Virus record (IMG/VR): IMGVR_UViG_3300021339_000007 | Location: 16 to 64,015 of that record | DNA: 64,000 nt | Strand: one strand, 5' to 3' | Source of the DNA: a virus | Lineage: Duplodnaviria > Caudoviricetes | In this document: positions 1 to 9,851 of the stretch, one piece after another | Numbering within the stretch: position 1 is the stretch's first letter | Layout of the letters: every line of letters starts with the position of its first letter | Position numbers and translations under genes: made by a program | The notes under the pieces: model-generated | The model's input: only the letters and a program-made list of their open reading frames with translations | Databases searched by the model: none | Told to the model about the DNA's origin: nothing

Positions 1-111
1 CGCACACCCCTAAATTATACCCGGAAATGCTCGTCATTCGTACACCTTTTGATCTCAAAATCACTCTACTGACAATCTAGCTATCTCACGGTCAATCAGT
101 TCGATGTCATG
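1..111. repeat. Direct terminal repeat, left copy (circular or terminally redundant genome)
   Basis: 1-111 is identical to 63878-63988. Confidence 0.95.
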
Positions 112-288
112 GACCTTCACTTCGCGCAAGCCTCGCATCTGGACTAGTAGGTCCTCACGATTTGCGGGCGGCGGCGGTAGAGTTGGCTCTACGACAACCT
201 CGCTCGCCGGGCGCAGGAAGGCGTCTGCGGTGGGATCGATCTTGCGCGTTGGCGGTGGGAGATCGTCTTCGGCGAAGAGGCTGCTCAT
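61..288 (-). CDS. Hypothetical phage protein
   Basis: 75-aa ORF coupled by ATGA overlap within the leftward operon. Confidence 0.6.
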   Translation of the reverse strand: MSSLFAEDDLPPPTRKIDPTADAFLRPASEVVVEPTLPPPPANREDLLVQMRGLREVKVHDIELIDREIARLSVE

Positions 289-442
289 GCCGCCACCTCG
301 TCGGAGGGCGCCGGTCGAACGTCTTCCAGATCGAACAGGCTTGGGGTAGCCAGCTCACACGGCATACCAGAGGATTGAGCAAGGCCAATCTTGGCGCGCA
401 AAAAGGCGTCGTACGACGGATCCAGGTTTGGGGAGTGATCGG

Positions 443-1927
443 TCATGCTACGGCTCCTGCGGTCTGCGGTGTGTCCAGGCTCTCGGCTATGCGCTGCATC
501 ACAGGCGGACAAACACCATTTCCGATAATCGTGACGGCGAGGCGCTTGTTTTCGGGCAGGATATAGCTGTCGGGCAGTCCCATGAACCGGGCGAGGCATC
601 GCGGCGTCATTGAGACGACCTTGCCGCCGTCTACCCACGCGCGAGTTTTGCCGTGAGCCGAGGCGCGGACACACGCCGAGTGCGTGTGTCCGCGCCTCGG
701 CTCCATCGAAGACGTTTCCTGGCAGAGAATCGCTCTTTGCGGCTGCGTTCCGTGGATCGTGAACACCGGTTCATCGCCGGTGCGAACAGGGAGATCGAAG
801 CGGTTCTCCTCGCCTGACGCCGAGCCTTCGACTATGAAAGCTAAAGGCGACGAGCTGCCACTGACGGTGTTCGCGTCCCGCGAACACCGTCTCGCGATTG
901 GGCCACGTTTGCCAGCGTTGTCGCCATCTACCAAGAGTGCCTTGGGCGCATTGACCTCGCGGCGAAAACACGAAGCCGTGATCGTATGCGCAGGCTCCTC
1001 GGGTTCGCGGTGCGTTAGCTCCGCATCTGTACTGTGAACGCAATTCACCAGCAATGCCTTCGGCATTGCTGCCTTCTGGTGGGATGTCGCGACTACTGTC
1101 GTGGCAGGCTCGGAATCACTGCGAATATCCATTGTGCCTTGATTGGAAAAGAGCAAAGAAAGCTGGCTCGGGTTATCATCGGCAAGGAATGCGCGGTGGC
1201 GACCGCATCCGTCGCCTGCCGTGACCGCGAAGGCAGGACTATCCTGCTCCTTCAGCGTTCCGCGCTCCGTATTGCCGGTGCGAGTGTTCCTACCATCTAT
1301 CAGCACGGTCTTGAGCGAGACTGGGAGGCGGCGAATCTGCCACTCAGCAAACTTTGTCTCAGGCAGTGCGGGTATCAGGTCCTTAATCGCTTCGTACCAG
1401 CCTATCCAGCGTGTAGGCGCAGGAAGCGGCTGCAGATGATCGGACTGTGTAGCTCGGACGAAAAGGCGCTTACGTGTCTGCGGAGTCCCGAAGTCAGCCG
1501 CGTTCAGGTGATGCTGTTCCCACCAATATCCGAGTTCATTCAGGCACTCGCAGATGATCTTGTAGGATTGGAACTTGCGATAGCCATAAACGTTCTCCAG
1601 CGTGAATGTGCGCGGCTTCAGCAAGCGAATGGCCCTGCAGATGGCTTGGGCACATTCGATGTCCCACTCAGTTTCTTTCCCGCCCGCCTTGGCGATTGAC
1701 GCGTTTTTGCACACAGGCGATGCGTGCAAATGGTTAGGGCGCTCTAGCCGCGCGAAATCCACGAAGCGAACGTCCTCCACGAGGATATTGTGAAATCCGT
1801 TCATTACGGCTACGGCTGCGATCTCAGCCACGAACTCCACGCCCCACAGGTGCTGCCAACCAGCCGCCTGCATTCCGATGCCTGCGAGTTCCCCTCCGCT
1901 GAAAAGTGTGCTGAATGTGCGGTTCAT
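443..1927 (-). CDS. DNA (cytosine-5) methyltransferase with a long repetitive variable region
   Basis: Motifs LFSGG, ASPVC, LENV, Q.RKRLF, C-terminal ARFMGLP..IGNGV; start at ATG 1927 (MNRTF) overlaps the upstream stop. Confidence 0.9.
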   Translation of the reverse strand: MNRTFSTLFSGGELAGIGMQAAGWQHLWGVEFVAEIAAVAVMNGFHNILVEDVRFVDFARLERPNHLHASPVCKNASIAKAGGKETEWDIECAQAICRAIRLLKPRTFTLENVYGYRKFQSYKIICECLNELGYWWEQHHLNAADFGTPQTRKRLFVRATQSDHLQPLPAPTRWIGWYEAIKDLIPALPETKFAEWQIRRLPVSLKTVLIDGRNTRTGNTERGTLKEQDSPAFAVTAGDGCGRHRAFLADDNPSQLSLLFSNQGTMDIRSDSEPATTVVATSHQKAAMPKALLVNCVHSTDAELTHREPEEPAHTITASCFRREVNAPKALLVDGDNAGKRGPIARRCSRDANTVSGSSSPLAFIVEGSASGEENRFDLPVRTGDEPVFTIHGTQPQRAILCQETSSMEPRRGHTHSACVRASAHGKTRAWVDGGKVVSMTPRCLARFMGLPDSYILPENKRLAVTIIGNGVCPPVMQRIAESLDTPQTAGAVA

Positions 1928-2355
1928 CGGGCGGCCTCGGCTTCGGCAGGGAGTTCGCGCTTCGGTTTGTAGATTTGGCCCAGTTTCCACGCCACCCAGC
2001 CCGCGCAGATCGGCGCGTTTGTGCAGACCTGCCTGCCATCTTTCTGCTCGATTGCGAATTGGAATGAATAGCCATGATCGTCCAGGATTGCAGGAACGCG
2101 CTTGTGGCAGTAGAACGATGCGCCGCGCTTGAATTCGGCCATGAGATAGGCCCAACGCTCGGGGTCGGATCGCTCCGGACTGCCGGGCCGCCATGCGCAG
2201 TTGTCGCAGGGTGTGACGGCTGGCACTTCGCGCAGCTCTGCTTCCCAGAAGGCGCCGCAGGTTCGGCAGGCTTCGAGGAGTGTGCCGTCTTTCAGGAACG
2301 GTATGATCTCCACGCTTGGCGATTCGCATTTTGGGCAGGTAACGGCGGTGTTCAT
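1924..2355 (-). CDS. Cys-rich zinc-binding hypothetical protein
   Basis: CPKC, CRTC, PCDNCAW, FYCH, ICAG motifs; coupled gene. Confidence 0.7.
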   Translation of the reverse strand: MNTAVTCPKCESPSVEIIPFLKDGTLLEACRTCGAFWEAELREVPAVTPCDNCAWRPGSPERSDPERWAYLMAEFKRGASFYCHKRVPAILDDHGYSFQFAIEQKDGRQVCTNAPICAGWVAWKLGQIYKPKRELPAEAEAAR

Positions 2356-2600
2356 CGGGCGGCCTCGGGTTCCAGCAGCGGTATGCCGAACCGCTCAGGA
2401 TCGTGAAGGAACTTGATATCGTTGTGCCAGCGCTTCGAGCGGGAGTGACTGTGGCGGTCGCGGTCGTAGACCGTGATGCACTCGCCCGATGACTTGTCGT
2501 ATCCGACTACGCGCATGAGCATCTCTGAGGACTTGGCGTCGCAGTCGTGGATAACGAGGTCGCCGGGTTTCCATCTGGTTGTGTTGGCGGCGTAGTTCAT
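2352..2600 (-). CDS. Hypothetical protein (small beta-barrel-like)
   Basis: WKPGDLV start; coupled overlaps on both sides. Confidence 0.65.
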   Translation of the reverse strand: MNYAANTTRWKPGDLVIHDCDAKSSEMLMRVVGYDKSSGECITVYDRDRHSHSRSKRWHNDIKFLHDPERFGIPLLEPEAAR

Positions 2601-3679
2601 CGGGCGGCCTCAGCAGGGACAGATGCTATGGCTGGGACGCAGGGAAATTGATCCCATAATTGACCATCCAGGAGGCGACCGGCGGCGTGCTTGCCGACGC
2701 GTGCGCTGGCGTGTGTCCAGTAACGGTCTGCCGCATCCCACAGGTGGACTTTCGGTTCTCCAGGGTTCGTCCAGAATATGCGGCCGACAGGTTGATCCTC
2801 TTGTGAGGACTGGCAGACCATCTTTCCCTTGGCGCGGTCGAATTTGCCACCGATCCACTCGCCCCACTGTTTCAGGTGAAACGGAGTTTCGGCTTGCAGG
2901 CATTCATCTCGAAGGAGGCGAAACCAATCCGGATGTGACGGACGGGCCTGGGGGCCGCTCTCGCCCCCGGTAATTGCCCACTGCAAGCCGGGGCCGACCT
3001 GCTGCATTCCACGGTTGAAACGGTGCGAGCCTGTCCAGTAATCCTCGCGTCCGCATGTCGGACAGACCTTCTGGTACCGGCCTGAAAAGTAGGATTGGCA
3101 GCCGGAACATTGCCACGCGATATGCAGGAAGTTGCGAATGCTTACGCACTCAAGCAACGGTTCCATGGAGACAAAGTTCGGGCATGGAATTTGCAGCAGA
3201 CGCGGAATATCGCGGTCTGCGTCTGGCTGCGTGCCGACGCTGATCCCGAGCCGAACATGTGAGGGCCAAGATTGCAGCCATCGGGCCGGAACCATTTTCT
3301 TGACATTGGAAATTCTCTTGGTCAGCACGAGGTAATCAATTCCCGTCGTCTCCTCCATCAACACCACAGCTCGCCTTCGCGCCTCACAGAGTTCGTAATA
3401 ATCCTTGTGCGTTTCGGGCAGGGCTTCGAAGAAATCGCCCATGCTCATCACGAAGACGCGGGGCCGAACGCCCGTCTGTTCGGATAGCTTCTGCCAGCGC
3501 GGGATGTCGTTCCAGACTTTCTTGACCATTGTGCGATCACGCTCGAAGTCGCCGCCGAAGCGGTTGGTAATCGACAGGGCGTAGCAGTTGGTACAAAGGC
3601 CGGGGTCGGACACTTTTACACAACCAGTCCAAAAATTTGCGGTATGCGTGGTCCAAGAAATCTCGGAGTTTTCGGCCAT
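2597..3679 (-). CDS. Phage Gp37/Gp68 (DUF5131) family protein
   Basis: ISWTTHTANFWTGC..C..CYA, FVMSMGDFF, LTKR, SMEPLL, WAITGGESG, LKQWG. Confidence 0.9.
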   Translation of the reverse strand: MAENSEISWTTHTANFWTGCVKVSDPGLCTNCYALSITNRFGGDFERDRTMVKKVWNDIPRWQKLSEQTGVRPRVFVMSMGDFFEALPETHKDYYELCEARRRAVVLMEETTGIDYLVLTKRISNVKKMVPARWLQSWPSHVRLGISVGTQPDADRDIPRLLQIPCPNFVSMEPLLECVSIRNFLHIAWQCSGCQSYFSGRYQKVCPTCGREDYWTGSHRFNRGMQQVGPGLQWAITGGESGPQARPSHPDWFRLLRDECLQAETPFHLKQWGEWIGGKFDRAKGKMVCQSSQEDQPVGRIFWTNPGEPKVHLWDAADRYWTHASARVGKHAAGRLLDGQLWDQFPCVPAIASVPAEAAR

Positions 3680-3766
3680 CGATCTGCTTTCGGAATGAGT
3701 GTGAGAGTAATCCGCAGCCGCCAGTCCTGCGAGGGGCGGCTGCGGGTCGGGATTTCGGGTCTCTGG

Positions 3767-4105
3767 TTACGGCTGGTCTGCCAGGCCGTCGAAGTTGATT
3801 GATCCGCCAACAATGCTTGCGGGGTCACCGGTGGTCACTGTGAATTGCTGACCAAAACTACCGAGCAGTGTTCCGTCCGGCGCTTTGACCTGGACATTCA
3901 CTGAGGCCACGCCTGGCGCGCCGATGTGGGCGTTGCCTTTGGTCTGGTCGGCGGGGTCCGGGGTGACGCTGAGCACAATGTCGTCCGTGCTGCTGACTTC
4001 GTAGATGAGCTGGGCGTCTGGGATCGCGTTCCCTTCCGCGTCTGCGGCTTCGACGCCTGAGATGGCGTAGCCGACATCCGAGTTGTCGTCCTTGAGGATG
4101 ATCAC
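3767..4105 (-). CDS. Acidic Ig-like beta-sandwich protein
   Basis: Beta-rich pattern (DAEGN, VSSTDD, GVASVNVQV); good RBS. Confidence 0.6.
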   Translation of the reverse strand: MIILKDDNSDVGYAISGVEAADAEGNAIPDAQLIYEVSSTDDIVLSVTPDPADQTKGNAHIGAPGVASVNVQVKAPDGTLLGSFGQQFTVTTGDPASIVGGSINFDGLADQP

Positions 4106-4267
4106 GAATTTGCCTCCTGTGAGGTGTGGTAGATGCGGGTGATGATGGTGATGATGCCCGACGAGTTGCCGGAGCAGATCGATGACTTCGGGCTGAATCC
4201 GAAGATTGAGGCCGATACTGAAAAGCTCTTTGCTCGTGGCGTTCCCTCCTTTCGTAGTCGGATGCGA

Positions 4268-4349
4268 TGGAACGAGAGGGAATTGAACCCTCTACCTCTC
4301 CCCCGCTTGTTTAAGGCGGTGGTCGCTCTCCCGGCGAGCTCTACGTCCC
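4268..4349 (-). ncRNA. tRNA-like or pseudo-tRNA element
   Basis: Acceptor GGGACG/CGTTCC-A, D arm GCTC..GAGC, T arm GAGGG-TTCAATT-CCCTC; anticodon arm is irregular and elongated. Confidence 0.55.
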
Positions 4350-4523
4350 CAGTCGCCGGGAGGGTGTCATTCCCGGCGCTGATATCGGCCATACAAGAGA
4401 TCGAACCGATCGGCGGTTACATCGCACACCTCGCTATCTCGTAGGCGGGGCCGATGGGCGCGAGCTCTCCAACACCCGCACTCGGCTGCCGCTGCGCCCG
4501 GTTCCGGTCGGGCGGCCTTACAC

Positions 4524-5273
4524 CTAAACTCCGTCGCTGGCCAGGATCTCCGCCCGGCGCGGATTGATCGGACAGCTCTCGGCCGTGATCGGCTTCGCAG
4601 GCTCGAACGTCACACCGTCCACCTCGAATGTATCACCGGCGACTACCGGCGGCAATTCCGCGTCCATGGCTTTAAGGTTCTCAAGAACCTCACGCGCCCG
4701 CTCGGTGGTGATCGTGACGTGGAAGCCCTCTTGAGGCTGCGGATCAGGCCCGGCGTTCCCGGAGCCGAAGAAGCCGTCCATCGGCAGAACGCCCTGCCCC
4801 TTCTCCATCGATGCGGCCATCAGCTTGATATCTCGCTGCCAGTAGCCATGCCGTTCGACAATGCAGCGGAACTCCTCAAGATCGTGACCGATCAGGTGCA
4901 GCACGACGTTGCCGTCATTGTCGTAGCGGGACCCGCAGTGCATCAGCTCATGATCCAGCAGCGCGCGGCGTTCGTGGGCTTCCATGTGACACCAGATCGG
5001 CTCTGAGATCACGATTGCGAAGAAGGGCTTAACCTTCTCTTCCTCCTCCTCGCGCCCGAAGAACGCCGCCAGGGAGGTCACCTTCTGTGCGGTGGCGGCC
5101 ACGGTCTTTCCGAGGCGTTTCTTCGTGTCGGAGCGGAACAGGAATTCAACGCGCACGTTGTGCTCATTGAGGTGTTTATGGAACTCGCCGATAATCGGCA
5201 GTGCCAACGCTTCCGCAGCCGGTGCCGGGGTAAACGTCGTAGGGGGTTTCTTCGGCTTCCTCACTCGTGGCAT
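4524..5273 (-). CDS. Putative phage metallopeptidase
   Basis: ALLDHELMH (HExxH) plus HDLEEF..IVERHG. Confidence 0.8.
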   Translation of the reverse strand: MPRVRKPKKPPTTFTPAPAAEALALPIIGEFHKHLNEHNVRVEFLFRSDTKKRLGKTVAATAQKVTSLAAFFGREEEEEKVKPFFAIVISEPIWCHMEAHERRALLDHELMHCGSRYDNDGNVVLHLIGHDLEEFRCIVERHGYWQRDIKLMAASMEKGQGVLPMDGFFGSGNAGPDPQPQEGFHVTITTERAREVLENLKAMDAELPPVVAGDTFEVDGVTFEPAKPITAESCPINPRRAEILASDGV

Positions 5274-5286
5274 TCGATCTCTCCTC

Positions 5287-5598
5287 TCAGTAGTAGTTCT
5301 TCTGAACAATCCCGAGCTTGTTGAGGGCCGAGTGGTCGAGCAGATACTTCTCCCGGAAATCGATATGCGCCCCGTAGAATTCCAACTCGTTCGCCTCGTT
5401 TATGTGCTCGCCGTGCTTTGTCTTGAGTGCGCGTATCGGATCGCCGTTCGTGTAATTGGCCCCTTGGATTTCGGCCGCTTCCATGCTCGCGATTTGTTCC
5501 GCATAAACCTGCGCGCGTTCACGGTGATGCTGGGCGCGCTGCATGCATAGTTGGCGTAGCTCGACACCTTCAATCGTGACTTTCAATCCTTCGATCAT
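5287..5598 (-). CDS. Hypothetical protein
   Basis: AAGGAG RBS; operon context. Confidence 0.65.
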   Translation of the reverse strand: MIEGLKVTIEGVELRQLCMQRAQHHRERAQVYAEQIASMEAAEIQGANYTNGDPIRALKTKHGEHINEANELEFYGAHIDFREKYLLDHSALNKLGIVQKNYY

Positions 5599-5803
5599 GG
5601 CTCTCCTTATAGATGTGCGGCCGGTAGATGTCTGAGAGAGGCATGCATGCTTCCCGGCGTTGTCTCATCTCGTCGTTTCGTTCCTTCGCGTTTGCCCGAA
5701 GCAGCTCGGCGTCGATGTCCGCGACTTCGGACTGGAGCCGCCTGATTGCCTGCAACTTGTTGAGGCGTTCGGCGCGCAGCTCCTCAGCGGTCAAGGTCTC
5801 CAT
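5570..5803 (-). CDS. Hypothetical coiled-coil protein
   Basis: RBS; helical charged sequence. Confidence 0.6.
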   Translation of the reverse strand: METLTAEELRAERLNKLQAIRRLQSEVADIDAELLRANAKERNDEMRQRREACMPLSDIYRPHIYKESHDRRIESHD

Positions 5804-6068
5804 AGCGCTCCTTGTTGGAAAAGCCAGAGGCAGAATGTCCCGCCGACGATGACGCCTGCCGAGAGGCCGATGACAAAGGCAGTCTGCGCGGTCGGGATCG
5901 GTCGGATGCGAGCCGGAACCGGCTTGCGCGCCGCGGCGTTGAGTGCTTTGATGCTCTCGCGCCAGTTGCTGCGAAGACGGAGCTGGTCGGCTTCGTGGAG
6001 ACGGGTGATCTCTTCGTCGCTTAAGCCGAATTCGAGCGGAGAGCCGTGGAGGTTGATCTTGACCTTTC

Positions 6069-6482
6069 TCATTTGGCCCACCAGTACGCCAGGACCGGCC
6101 ACTTTGCGACGACGCCGATGATCACGGCTACGATGCCGAGCCCGAGGATGCTGTACGCTGCGAGGAGCAGCGCGGCGCCGCGATCGCGCTGCTGACCCTG
6201 CCGAAAGGTCTTCGGTCGCGGCTCGGCGTCGTGGAGGGCGTCCCAGTCGCCGACGGGTTTCCAGGCGGGCTCGGGCTTTCCGGAATGGATACCGAGATCC
6301 GCGTTGGCCCGGCGAATGCCTTCGTCAACGGCGGCGTCGAACTGGGTATCCGACATGCGCTCAAACTCGGGCGCGTTCAGAATGTCGCGGCTCAGTTGGT
6401 CGAGGGAGGACTGCTTCCACTCGCTGAGCGGCGGAGCCTGGTAGTCGGCATCGATGTCAATCCTGCGGCGCGGTGCGTTCAT
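6069..6482 (-). CDS. Hypothetical protein with C-terminal transmembrane helix
   Basis: GGAGG RBS; hydrophobic C-terminus. Confidence 0.6.
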   Translation of the reverse strand: MNAPRRRIDIDADYQAPPLSEWKQSSLDQLSRDILNAPEFERMSDTQFDAAVDEGIRRANADLGIHSGKPEPAWKPVGDWDALHDAEPRPKTFRQGQQRDRGAALLLAAYSILGLGIVAVIIGVVAKWPVLAYWWAK

Positions 6483-6500
6483 CTTGTCCTCCGTGATCGT

Positions 6501-6866
6501 TTAGGCGGCCTGCGCGGCTCTGCGCAAGGCGTGATAGAGCTGCATGCTTTCGGACCGGCGGGCATTGCTCTGCTCGCTGTGGCGCATCCCTTTGCGCGAT
6601 TGTGAAATCTTGAACCGATGCGCGGCGGGCTGGCGGTATCCGACCAGACCGTGTTCCGGACGCGAAAGTATTGGCGCCGGCTCCGAGATCGTGCGCATCC
6701 TCGCTTGCAGCAACACCTCTGCAATGAAGCGACCGAGCGCGGGGTGCTTCAAGTCCGTCATCTCGCCGACCACGGCCGCTTCCACAATCAGGCCAAGGCG
6801 GCGCCTCTCGACAATGTAGCGAGCGGCTCGAACATGGACTTCCGGCGGGAGCGGCGAACGTTTCAT
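6501..6866 (-). CDS. Hypothetical DNA-binding protein with NUMOD3-like motif
   Basis: KISQSRKGMRHSEQSNARRS; RBS AGGAG before ATG 6866. Confidence 0.5.
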   Translation of the reverse strand: MKRSPLPPEVHVRAARYIVERRRLGLIVEAAVVGEMTDLKHPALGRFIAEVLLQARMRTISEPAPILSRPEHGLVGYRQPAAHRFKISQSRKGMRHSEQSNARRSESMQLYHALRRAAQAA

Positions 6867-7785
6867 GGTCACTCCTGGCTTATTGCGGAGCACTTCGGGC
6901 ACTCCGTCCATTCGCCCGCACCGACCTCGTTGGTCGGATTCGCCCAGACGAGCTTCCGGCCGCCGCAGACTTCGCACGATGTCCGCCGGCGCAGCTGCCG
7001 TTCGGCCTTGCGGATCATCGGCTCGGCATCGATCACGCGGCGCAGGTCTTTGCCGACGTAGATCTTGAGGTCTCGCGCCTCTTTGGCGGTGCACAGCAGG
7101 ATCATGGCGGCCACCTTTCGTCCGTCTCTCACCTTCGTTGGCGCTCTCTTTGCGACAGGAGCTTACTTTAGGTTCCGACCTGAGTTAGAGCCGGTCATTT
7201 CAGCGAAAAAAATAATAAGCCTGGCGGCTTACGGCCGTGTCTCGATGTGCCGCGCGATGCACTTCAGTTGCCGTTCGATGCGTTCTTCGGAAGCGCCGGT
7301 CTCTCGCAGGGTCACCAGGTAGCGCTCCATGCTCTCAAGGCTCTCCTGCCAGGTCGCCGACCAGACGGAGCCGTCTTTGCGCCCGTTGTAAAGCCTGCGG
7401 CGTACCAGAACGCGCGCTTCCGCCTGGTAGCAGGGATCTCCATTGCGTGCGCACACCAGGTTCTCCGACAGCGAGCGGTCTGCCGGGTCGGGTTGATCCT
7501 GGGTTCCGGTTGTCTGTGCGGTTACATTCATGGCTGATTTACCTTCGGCGGCTGCGGCGGCAGTGATCGAATGTGGATCTGCTGTCTGCATCATGCGGCC
7601 TGCTTCGTTTCCGGCTCGGACGCGGCAGCCTTGTCTGCTTCCATCTGTGCCAGAACCGCCTCCACAGCTTTCCAGCCCTCGTGCCATGCCGGCACTTCCG
7701 GATGCCAACGGTCGCAGGTCGTGCTGCCGCAGATCAAACAGGGCTCGGGCGCGGCTGATTGTAAGGTCTGGTTGGGCATCGTCGG

Positions 7786-8007
7786 TCACCGATTGATCTT
7801 CAGCGGCCCCTGGGCGGCGGTGTGCTGCCCGATGGCTACGCCGATGGCGAGTATCTCTTCGTGTTGAAAATTCTCAACGGAGTTGATCTTGCGTGAAAGC
7901 GTCGAAGGGTGGATGCCTGTTCTTTCGCAGATCACCTTTCGAGGCAGGTCTACTGCATCCAGGTACCCGGCTAGGTACTGGCCGAAGCCAGCGCTGCCTT
8001 GTCGCAT
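7786..8007 (-). CDS. HTH transcriptional regulator (CII-like position)
   Basis: ICERTGIHPSTLSRKIN helix-turn-helix. Confidence 0.65.
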   Translation of the reverse strand: MRQGSAGFGQYLAGYLDAVDLPRKVICERTGIHPSTLSRKINSVENFQHEEILAIGVAIGQHTAAQGPLKINR

Positions 8008-8204
8008 TCCGCTTCCTCTTTCTGGTTTTCCGATAGCTCTTGAATTACTGAGAGGATTCGCTCGTATTCCTCGTCAGCTAGAAGGATTTTGCCCCGCTCG
8101 ATCGCTCCGAGTGCGCCAGTAGGCAATTTGAGCCTTTCTTCGACTGGCTTCTGAGTTAGTTCAGCAGCCCTGCGAGCCGAAAGTATCTCCAGACCTCTGT
8201 GCAT
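7971..8204 (-). CDS. Cro-like XRE HTH protein
   Basis: RRAAELTQ..LGAIERGK; first gene after the leftward promoter, divergent from the repressor. Confidence 0.75.
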   Translation of the reverse strand: MHRGLEILSARRAAELTQKPVEERLKLPTGALGAIERGKILLADEEYERILSVIQELSENQKEEAECDKAALASAST

Positions 8205-8291
8205 CTCTTCTCCTATGCCTTTCGCGCTTCATTGAAGCGTGTAGAGCATCAAGCCGGGCAAAAAATGTGTACGAATGCTTCGTACGCTTCA

Positions 8292-8320
8292 ATGATAACA
8301 TATTGGCATTGCATTGTCAA
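8292..8320 (-). promoter_or_regulatory. Sigma70 promoter of the leftward early (cro) operon
   Basis: TTGACA-N17-TATCAT on the minus strand. Confidence 0.75.
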
Positions 8321-8397
8321 TACATTTTTATAAAATTTTATGGGAAAGTCGGATATGATCTAACTGTGAAGCATCAATCGAGCGAGGAAGAGTATTC

Positions 8398-8784
8398 GTG
8401 AGGCTAGATAGCCCTATTAATCGCACTGTGGGAATGCGCGTTAAGCATCTTCGAGAGGCTGGTAATTTCAGTCAGGACGATCTCGGCGAGGCATTGAATA
8501 TGACCGGGGAAAACGTCTCCAAGAAGGAGACGGGCAAGGTTCCCTTTACGGTCGCGGAGCTGTACGTTGTAGCCGACTTCTTCGATTGCAATATCACAGA
8601 CTTATTGCCTAAACGGGTGCCGTCAGAGGACGAGGTAAACGACGAGTGGCAGCTCGACGGCGTACCTGCGGCTTATTACAACGGGCTTCCGCCTCCGACC
8701 CAAGAGGTTGTTCGTGAAATGATCCGTGGCGCCTACGAGGCCCACCAGAGGGCACAGACGACGCACGGCCGGAAGGCAGAGTAG
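8398..8784 (+). CDS. CI-like XRE repressor
   Basis: VKHLREAGNFSQDDLGEALNMT..VSKKETG; divergent from the cro-like gene. Confidence 0.8.
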   Translation: MRLDSPINRTVGMRVKHLREAGNFSQDDLGEALNMTGENVSKKETGKVPFTVAELYVVADFFDCNITDLLPKRVPSEDEVNDEWQLDGVPAAYYNGLPPPTQEVVREMIRGAYEAHQRAQTTHGRKAE

Positions 8785-9447
8785 ATGAGATTTCGCACAA
8801 TTTTAGGGCTGCTAATCGTCGGCTTATCGGCGACAGGGTGTTTTCCTGACTACGAGGTAGTAGATCGCACTCACGAGCCGATCCGTGCCGACGAGGTGCA
8901 AGCGCCGACGCCCGTTAGGGCTGCGCCTGCGCCGCAGGCAAGCCAGGTAATTACTTCTCCTCCAATTCCCAGGGCACCCGAACTCGCGTCGGGAACGATC
9001 GAGCGGGTTCCTGCACCGCCGCAGCGAGTAATGAGCGTTGCGCCGCCTCCTTCGTCGCCGCCTTCGCCAGTGATTGATTTCCAGGAATATTCGAAGAGTC
9101 CCGACGTTGCTCCGCCTGCCCGTACCAGCGAAATCCAGAGTGCAACTGAGACGGTCTACATGCCGGACCGGCAGGGAAACCTCATCGGTGCTGACGGGCG
9201 GCGTTACAAGGAATTTACAGTCACCACAACGTATCCGGACGACCCCGACGCGTTTAACCCAGGCCGGTATAGCGTCACCAGGTCTTACAGCGGATCGTTC
9301 CGCGGTGCAGGGTCCGGCCCCTATTATGGCGGAGGACATCACGCGGGCAGCCACGGCGGAACCTACATCGGGGGGTCCGGGTCGTCGCACCGGGGCGGTC
9401 ACTACTCTAACGCGTCCACCGGTAACCATTATGGACATCATAAATGA
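8785..9447 (+). CDS. Lipoprotein with Pro-rich linker and Gly/His-rich tail
   Basis: Signal peptide with lipobox LSATG-C; co-transcribed with the repressor. Confidence 0.7.
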   Translation: MRFRTILGLLIVGLSATGCFPDYEVVDRTHEPIRADEVQAPTPVRAAPAPQASQVITSPPIPRAPELASGTIERVPAPPQRVMSVAPPPSSPPSPVIDFQEYSKSPDVAPPARTSEIQSATETVYMPDRQGNLIGADGRRYKEFTVTTTYPDDPDAFNPGRYSVTRSYSGSFRGAGSGPYYGGGHHAGSHGGTYIGGSGSSHRGGHYSNASTGNHYGHHK

Positions 9448-9851
9448 CACGGTTCCGCCTGCCGGACCTGTCGGACTGGATCAACCAGGCGCTCGGGGCG
9501 CAGCGCTATCGCTACTCGCATGAGTGCGGCTGCTGGCAAACGATCGTTCACGAGTGGCCCGGGACTATCGCGGAGCCGGGTGGGAAAGTCTGGCATGCCG
9601 TGGAGGGCGAGACGGAGCGGGAGTTGGATCGGCTGACACTGCTGCGGCCGATCGGGGGTAAGGGGGAGACAGGGCGCCGTGTTATGCGCAGATACCACTG
9701 CTGAGAGAGGAACTGTTGTATGTTGCAAAAGCGACGGTCGCAGTGCAAAAGCCGGCAGTGTCTCAAGAAACGCTGTGCTGCGAGGCAGCGCAAGGCGCTC
9801 AGACTTCGGTGTATCGTAACCTACGTACGAATTCGTATCGCGCTCTCGAAA

